DNA of 64,000 nucleotides. Origin: Patescibacteria group bacterium (GTDB taxonomy: Bacteria; Patescibacteriota; Microgenomatia; Levybacterales; UBA12049). The translations under genes and the position numbers were made by a program. Location: positions 205,356-269,355 of the forward strand of contig JBBTTO010000002.1 in assembly GCA_038064195.1 (NCBI GenBank), in the 5' to 3' direction. Positions 58,499 to 64,000 of the stretch are shown piece by piece (within the stretch, counting starts at the first letter, position 1; the number at the start of each line of letters is the position of its first letter). Under the pieces are notes generated by a model. It was not told where the DNA came from and did no database searches. It was given only the letters and a program-made list of their open reading frames with translations.

Positions 58499-58540
58499 AC
58501 GAATTGATGCGAATTCTAATAATCCGAATTAATACGAATT
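58499..58540. promoter_or_regulatory. array of four direct CGAATT repeats between permease genes 2 and 3
   Basis: caCGAATTgatgCGAATTctaataatcCGAATTaataCGAATTt read directly. Spacing is 11, 15 and 10 nt. Confidence 0.4.
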
Positions 58541-58573
58541 TATTCAAGTAAAAGTTAAAACAGATATTTAGTT

Positions 58574-59368
58574 ATGAGGAAGTACTGGCAGATCACTAAA
58601 AATACCTGGGATGAGGCTCTGACTTATCGTACGAGTTTTGTTGTTTATCGGGTACGTGAGCTACTTCAGTTACTAGCCAGTTATTTTCTCTGGTTATTCA
58701 TTGTCCCAGCGAACAGTAGTTTTCTCGGTTATACGCAACCGCTTATTTTGACCTATATCATCGGTTCGGCATTTGTGAGTGATATTGTCTTTGCCACCCG
58801 AACGACTGCTATCGCTAGTGAAATTAATGAAGGAGTTTTGACTAATTTTCTGGTCCGTCCGATGCACTATCTTAAATACTATTTTGCCCGCGATATCGGA
58901 GATAAGGCCATGAACATAGCATTCTCGATAGTAGAGTTGACGCTTGTTATTATTATATTTCATGTCCCGTTTTTTATTCAGCAGAACATCTTTGTTATTG
59001 TGTTGTTTTTTCTTATTACGTTTTTAGCGCTTGTCCTTAATTTTTTTATCAGTGTTCTGATTAGTCTCATCGGTTTTTGGAGTAATGAAGGCTGGGGACC
59101 GCGATTTATTTTCTATTCAGTAATCGGCTTTCTTTCTGGCGGAATGTTCCCGCTTGATATTCTGCCAAAACCTATTTTTACTCTATTGCAGTTTTTGCCG
59201 TTTTCTTATCTTACTTACTTCCCAATGAAAGTCTACCTGGGGCAATCGACATTTATGTCAACTGTGCAGGGAATAGGGATGCTTATTCTGTGGATCAGTA
59301 TTATGTCTTTTATTACACTTAAAGTCTGGAAGATCGGTTTGAAGGCTTATACTGCTCAGGGGATATAG
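58574..59368 (+). CDS. ABC-2-family transporter permease (paralog 3 of 4)
   Basis: 264 aa with 6 TM helices. Confidence 0.7.
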   Translation: MRKYWQITKNTWDEALTYRTSFVVYRVRELLQLLASYFLWLFIVPANSSFLGYTQPLILTYIIGSAFVSDIVFATRTTAIASEINEGVLTNFLVRPMHYLKYYFARDIGDKAMNIAFSIVELTLVIIIFHVPFFIQQNIFVIVLFFLITFLALVLNFFISVLISLIGFWSNEGWGPRFIFYSVIGFLSGGMFPLDILPKPIFTLLQFLPFSYLTYFPMKVYLGQSTFMSTVQGIGMLILWISIMSFITLKVWKIGLKAYTAQGI

Positions 59369-59369
59369 T

Positions 59370-60152
59370 ATGAAAAAGTATCTTTTTCTTTGGTTTAAAG
59401 TAACGACACAACTCACTCAGATTGCTTTTGCTTCACGTCTGGGAGTGGTGCTTTTTACGCTGGGTAAGATTATCAGATTTGTTTTATTTCTGGTATTTCT
59501 TCTTCTCCTTGTTTCACGAACGAAGTCACTGGCGGGATACGGGCTTTGGCAAGTGATGATGTTTTTTCTTACCTTTAATTTCATTGATATTATCTCTCAA
59601 TTTTTATGGCGTGATGTCTATCGTTTTCGCAGCTATATTGTGTCGGGTAACTTTGACATGATACTTACCAAACCAATCTCACCCCTCCTCCGCTCACTTT
59701 TTGGAGGAAGTGATATCCTCGACCTCATAACACTTTTCCCCTTAACAGGATTTATGATTTATGCAGTCGGGCATCTGGATCATGTGAGTATCACGCAGAT
59801 AGTACTTTATATAGTACTAGTACTTAACGGGCTGATAATTGCGATGTCACTTCATATTCTAGTCCTGGCACTCGGTGTTATTACAACTGAAGTAGATAAT
59901 GCGATATGGCTTTTTCGTGAGTTAACTCAGCTTGGGAGACTGCCTTTACGCATCTATCCGAGGCCTGTGGGGTTGGTTTTTACTTTCATTCTTCCTGTTG
60001 CTGCCCTTATAACTATTCCCACAGAAGCACTTCTCGGGGTGCTTTCAGTTGAGGGGGTAATAATCGCCTTTGTTTTCAGCGGTGGGTTTTTATGGCTGAG
60101 TCTTCGAGCCTGGAGAGGGGCGCTTAAAAGATACGCAAGCGCAAGTAGTTAA
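59370..60152 (+). CDS. ABC-2-family transporter permease (paralog 4 of 4)
   Basis: 260 aa with 6 TM helices. Starts 2 nt after the previous stop. Confidence 0.7.
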   Translation: MKKYLFLWFKVTTQLTQIAFASRLGVVLFTLGKIIRFVLFLVFLLLLVSRTKSLAGYGLWQVMMFFLTFNFIDIISQFLWRDVYRFRSYIVSGNFDMILTKPISPLLRSLFGGSDILDLITLFPLTGFMIYAVGHLDHVSITQIVLYIVLVLNGLIIAMSLHILVLALGVITTEVDNAIWLFRELTQLGRLPLRIYPRPVGLVFTFILPVAALITIPTEALLGVLSVEGVIIAFVFSGGFLWLSLRAWRGALKRYASASS

Positions 60153-60154
60153 TA

Positions 60155-60512
60155 GTACTCGGGAAGGTGGTAAGCCAGATTCTGTTTTAAGTCACAATCT
60201 CTCTCGTAGTGATGCTTTCTATCACTTCGTCTCGCTTTAGGCGAGATGCCTTCGAACTTTGCTACTCCCATATACAGGTAATAACGTAGCGATCGGAAGT
60301 TGCAGCAGGGAGGATTACCCGTTTCAGACCCACTCGTCTCTGTTGTTCTCAAGTCTTGTTGATTCAAGACTCGCTCTAGAAGCCGTATGTGGGAAAGGCT
60401 TCTAAATACTATCTATTACTAGTCGGAGCTTACACTCCGTCCCTGGTATATTGCCTGTCTGGACTTTCCTGTCCGATATATATCGGACTAGTGACCCTTC
60501 TTCCCGAGTAGG
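60155..60512 (-). ncRNA. rnpB: RNase P RNA (bacterial type), not in the ORF track
   Basis: The reverse complement reads 5' ...CUCGGGAAGAAGG...CAGGAAAGUCCAGAC... ...ACAGAAUCUGGCUUACCACCUUCCCGAG 3'. It has P4 5'-strand GGAAAGUCC and 3'-strand ACAGAAUCUGGCUUA, with a compensatory CCAG/CUGG change relative to E. coli CCGG/CCGG (from memory). A P1 stem is formed by CUCGGGAAGG / CCUUCCCGAG. Coordinates are within a few nt. Confidence 0.75.
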
Positions 60513-60540
60513 TCTATTATACCACTTCCTTACTATAAGA

Positions 60541-63500
60541 TCAATTGACAGAGGTCCCGCAGATCATGTTATACTCACAATTCTTACAGAATATACTCCC
60601 GCTACAGCGAAAATCACTGTGCTGTATCTCTTCTGCCTTTGTTATTATTTTGTCACGGGCAATCTCGAGTTCCTCTTTTGATCGTGTCGTTGAAAGTTTC
60701 TTGTCTTGTTCAATATAGTAGAGTGTTAAGATAACCTCCTCTGCAGACTGTTTAAAAATCTCATTTTTCACATTAGCTGCAGCTAAAGCATAGAAGGTGA
60801 GTTGAAAATCATCCTTGAGTTTTTTCCCATCGGGGACATTTGCTCCTGTTTTATAATCGATAATTTCCACTCTTCCGTCCGGGAGTCTGTCAATTCTATC
60901 AATTCTTCCCCCGACTTTTAATGTATTGATCCAAAACTGAAAAGGAGTTTCAATCCCAACAGTATCAGGGATTTTTTTGAGAGTATCCCAGGCAAAATTC
61001 AGTAACATCCGATCAGCTTGTGTAAAAGCTTTTTCCTCATGACTCTTACTGACATAGCCTGCTTTCAGCCAATTTTTTTTAAGTATTTCATGCATCAACT
61101 CCGCATTAACATTCGGGTTGGCTTTGATATTTTGGAAGAAATCCCGAAGCGAGCTATGGACGCTGACTCCATAACTTAAAGCAGGTGATGGAGGAGTCGG
61201 GATATTAAGAATGTAGCGCAATTTATAGTGAAGAGGGCAGGTGTCAAAGGTCTGGATTTGCGAATAAGAAATATAGGTGAGGGGAGGAATTGATGGCTCA
61301 ATCTTTTCCTCTTCTTTTTTTTCTTCAACGTGGTTGGTATTGAAGACATCAAGGAGGGATAATTGTTGGCCTGCCTTGGTGAAGTTATGTTTGGTAATAA
61401 TTTTATCGACGTATTCTTGTCCCAGTGCCTCGATTACAAAAGGTGAAAGTTTACGTTCTCTTTTCCCCTCTCCATAAAATTTGGCAGCAGATAGTATCAG
61501 CTTGTCACGAGCACGCGTCATTGCTACGTAAAAGAGCCGGCGTTCTTCCTGTAAGTTGGCGTCACCCGTGGGGAGTTCTTCGCGGATAATATCTTTGGGT
61601 ACGGGGATTTGTTCTTTGCGGTCTCGACTGGGGAAGCGTTGTGTAACAAGATTGACGATAAAAACGACGGGGAATTCCAGCCCCTTACTTGAATGGACTG
61701 TGAGAATATTGACAGCATCCTGAGCCGACCAGTCAATTTCAGCTGCCATCGGACTCTCCCCCAGTTCCATAGACAGCTCGAGCCACTCAACGACAGCAAA
61801 GACAGAGGCATCCGTACGGCTCGTGGTAAATGATTGAAATTTATTAAATAACTTAGCGACATTTTGTGCTTCCCTCTCAGTACGCGGAGTTTTGGGATCT
61901 AGGTAATAGCCTAGGAGTCCTGAATCTTCAAAGAAATAGAAAAGTATCTGTCCGGCTGTCTCAGTAGCGAGAAGACCTAAATGCTTTTTAAGCATTTCTT
62001 CAACTCGTTTTATCTTGATCTGTCCTGGATCTGTCAGTCCTGCTCTTTCTGCCTGCTCGACTGCTTCAAAAAGTGTACAGTTATTTTTCTTTACATAGTT
62101 AAGGAGGCTTGCGATGTCCCTAGATTCAATTGCAAAAATCGGCATAGTCAATACACGATAAAGTGATGCATTGTCATCAAAATTAGCAAGGACTTTCAAA
62201 TAGGCAATGAGATCTTTAATTTCTTCCTGTTCATAGAGATGGCTCGGTCCTAAAAACTGGCTGGGGATCTTCTGTCTTTCAAGAGCACGCTGGAAAGGGA
62301 TTGCATGATCATTAGCCCGGACTAAGATGGCGAAATCGCTATATTTATAATTTTTTCGTCCAGAGGACGATCGGCCTTTGGCCGATGTTTCATCTTTGAT
62401 ATACTTCGCAACCAACTCAGCTTCGTCCTCTGCCCGGTCGCCATACAAAAAATCTATATCATGGTTGGTTTGAGGTATTGAATTACTTAACAGGGATAAA
62501 TCCTCTGGGGATCCTTCAGCTCGCTTTTGCTCGTTCAGGATGGCAGCACTTCTTTGCGCTACCAATTTTTTATCGATACCTTCTTTTGTCTCCAGGCGAT
62601 CAGGATTATTATTTTGGATCATACGATATGCGCTATCAAGAATCAGTTGGGTGGAACGATAGTTTTTGTTAAGGGTTACGACTGTAGCCTTTGGGAAATG
62701 TGAACGAAATTGCAGCATGTTAGCAAGAGCAGCTCCTCGCCAGCGATAAATACTCTGATCATCATCTCCCACGACCGTAATATTTTGCTCTATACCGGCA
62801 AGTAGAATCGCCATCTCATTTTGTGCATAGTTAGTATCCTGGAATTCATCAACAAGTATATATTGAAATTGTTTTTGATATTGTTTGAGAATATTCGGAC
62901 GAGTTCGGAAAAGCTGGAGAACATTACTGATGAGGTCTGAAAAGTCCATCATGCTTTCTTTGGCTTTCATTTTCTCGTATGTTTCAAATGCTTTGGCCAA
63001 TTCAAGGGTCTTTTTAATTTCTTCTTGAGTTATCTCATCACTAGGCTTTAACTTTTTAGCATAGTTGAGGTATTGTTCTGGGTTAATGTCATCGTCTTTT
63101 AGTCGGCTGAAATGATTGAGCATGCCTTGGAGAAATTTCATAGGGTTGCCCATAGGCAGAAAGTACTCAAGTTCGAATTTAAAGAGATTTTTTCGCAGAA
63201 AAATGAGCGCTTCCGTCTCTGTCATCAACGTATAAGAGGGATCAAGGCCGATATGTATGGCCTCCTGCCTGAGAACGCGATCGCAAAAAGCATGGAAGGT
63301 CTCAATCCACAGACTGGAGTATCCGTAAGGAAGGACCTCATCAGTACGTGTCTCCATTTCACTCGCTGCTTTCTCGGTAAAGGTGAGTGCGAGGATCTGA
63401 GAAGGGTTGATCTTTTTCTCAAGTATTAAGTGTTCGATGCGTTTGGTAACAACTGTTGTTTTGCCGGTACCTGCTCCCGCAATTATAAGAAGCGGACCTT

Positions 63501-63582
63501 CGCCATGAGTTACAGCTGTGAGTTGTTCAGGGTTGAGATTTGAAGTATCGGGCATGGGGACTATTTTAACACAAGAAATCAT
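60541..63582 (-). CDS. UvrD-family helicase fused to a C-terminal PD-(D/E)XK nuclease with a Cys cluster (AddA/helicase-nuclease-like)
   Basis: 1013 aa. Walker A AGAGTGKTTVV, DEFQDTN and VGDDDQSIYRWRGA helicase motifs. C-terminal RIDRIDRL...EIIDYKTG nuclease motif, then four Cys at spacing Cx7Cx2Cx6C (CSGSIFCKNCEYNMIC). Confidence 0.8.
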   Translation of the reverse strand: MISCVKIVPMPDTSNLNPEQLTAVTHGEGPLLIIAGAGTGKTTVVTKRIEHLILEKKINPSQILALTFTEKAASEMETRTDEVLPYGYSSLWIETFHAFCDRVLRQEAIHIGLDPSYTLMTETEALIFLRKNLFKFELEYFLPMGNPMKFLQGMLNHFSRLKDDDINPEQYLNYAKKLKPSDEITQEEIKKTLELAKAFETYEKMKAKESMMDFSDLISNVLQLFRTRPNILKQYQKQFQYILVDEFQDTNYAQNEMAILLAGIEQNITVVGDDDQSIYRWRGAALANMLQFRSHFPKATVVTLNKNYRSTQLILDSAYRMIQNNNPDRLETKEGIDKKLVAQRSAAILNEQKRAEGSPEDLSLLSNSIPQTNHDIDFLYGDRAEDEAELVAKYIKDETSAKGRSSSGRKNYKYSDFAILVRANDHAIPFQRALERQKIPSQFLGPSHLYEQEEIKDLIAYLKVLANFDDNASLYRVLTMPIFAIESRDIASLLNYVKKNNCTLFEAVEQAERAGLTDPGQIKIKRVEEMLKKHLGLLATETAGQILFYFFEDSGLLGYYLDPKTPRTEREAQNVAKLFNKFQSFTTSRTDASVFAVVEWLELSMELGESPMAAEIDWSAQDAVNILTVHSSKGLEFPVVFIVNLVTQRFPSRDRKEQIPVPKDIIREELPTGDANLQEERRLFYVAMTRARDKLILSAAKFYGEGKRERKLSPFVIEALGQEYVDKIITKHNFTKAGQQLSLLDVFNTNHVEEKKEEEKIEPSIPPLTYISYSQIQTFDTCPLHYKLRYILNIPTPPSPALSYGVSVHSSLRDFFQNIKANPNVNAELMHEILKKNWLKAGYVSKSHEEKAFTQADRMLLNFAWDTLKKIPDTVGIETPFQFWINTLKVGGRIDRIDRLPDGRVEIIDYKTGANVPDGKKLKDDFQLTFYALAAANVKNEIFKQSAEEVILTLYYIEQDKKLSTTRSKEELEIARDKIITKAEEIQHSDFRCSGSIFCKNCEYNMICGTSVN

Positions 63583-63900
63583 TACATTGCTAAACCCGCC
63601 TGCATTTGCCTGAGGAAAGCTCTGGCGGGCAGGTTGTTGGATTGATGAATTGTTAAGAAGTTCTCATTTTGATATTATGCTTGCATGCAAATTCAGCCGA
63701 AAGAGTTTTTTCTTCTCTTTATTAAGAAAGAACAAATTGCCAAGAATACCTACTCATTTTTTTTTGACAGATCCGGTCATCCTTTTGATTTTCTTCCTGG
63801 ACAATATAACAGAGTATTCCTAGAATTATCTCAGAAAGATGAGCGGGGCAATCATCGATCTTTCACCATCTGCTCTGCTCCCCAACAAAAAGGTATACTC

Positions 63901-64000
63901 ATGATCACCACAAAAATTGTCGATCAAGCAAGTCCCTTCAAACAAAAATTTAATCTACTTATTCCAGGAGAAAAGGTTCGTTTCTTCGGACCGATGGGGA
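63901..64000 (+). CDS. 5' end of an unidentified CDS running off the window (possibly an FAD/NAD-binding oxidoreductase subunit)
   Basis: MITTKIVDQASPFKQKFNLLIPGEKVRFFGPMG... with no stop before the window end. Identification is a weak guess from the GPMG motif. Confidence 0.25.
   Translation, partial: MITTKIVDQASPFKQKFNLLIPGEKVRFFGPMG

Noticed and set aside
60100-60153. Possible off-by-one in my coordinate reading near the end of the last permease gene
   Set aside because: My hand count of one line disagreed by 1 nt with the ORF-track frame. I trusted the ORF track, so rnpB boundaries are given as approximate (within a few nt) rather than exact.

Overview
This 64-kb window looks like a small, AT-rich (about 40% GC) bacterial genome with Patescibacteria/CPR-like traits. 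This placement is inference from short ribosomal proteins, no rpmD (L30) between rpsE and rplO, weak Shine-Dalgarno use and many lineage-specific hypothetical proteins. The core is a nearly complete tuf-S10-spc-alpha ribosomal superoperon at 23.5-41.8 kb: tuf, rpsJ, rplCDWB, rpsS, rplV, rpsC, rplP, rpmC, rpsQ, rplNXE, rpsN(Zn), rpsH, rplFR, rpsE, rplO, secY, adk, cmk, map, infA, rpmJ, rpsMKD, rpoA, rplQ, rplM, rpsI. fusA lies 7 kb upstream of tuf. Between them is an island carrying a GC-rich mini-cassette for a DnaJ-CR-like zinc-finger protein, ddl, an ATP-citrate-lyase-like two-gene pair (aclA/aclB-like), an ICMT-family methyltransferase, a PIG-L deacetylase and a secreted glycosidase-like protein. 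The left third (0-14 kb) holds a UvrD/PcrA helicase, tpiA and a cell-envelope glycosylation locus (LCP, YYY/DUF2298 membrane protein, HAD, epimerase, GT39 glycosyltransferase, FAD oxidoreductase, PT-rich surface protein), followed by pilN/pilO-like genes. The right third holds obg, a three-repeat topoisomerase-type zinc-ribbon protein, three NUDIX hydrolases, hflX, an S2P protease with an FKBP, tRNA-Pro(GGG), recA-recX, rny, hup, an ABC ATPase followed by four paralogous ABC-2 permeases, an unlisted RNase P RNA (rnpB) and a large UvrD-helicase/PD-(D/E)XK nuclease fusion. Several intergenic regions carry recurrent CGAAT(T)/TTCGAA motif arrays and short GC-rich palindromes. The candidates I rank highest for novelty are the GC-rich zinc-finger cassette, the ACL-like pair in a minimal genome, the zinc-ribbon protein with its coupled small ORF, and the four-permease ABC system.
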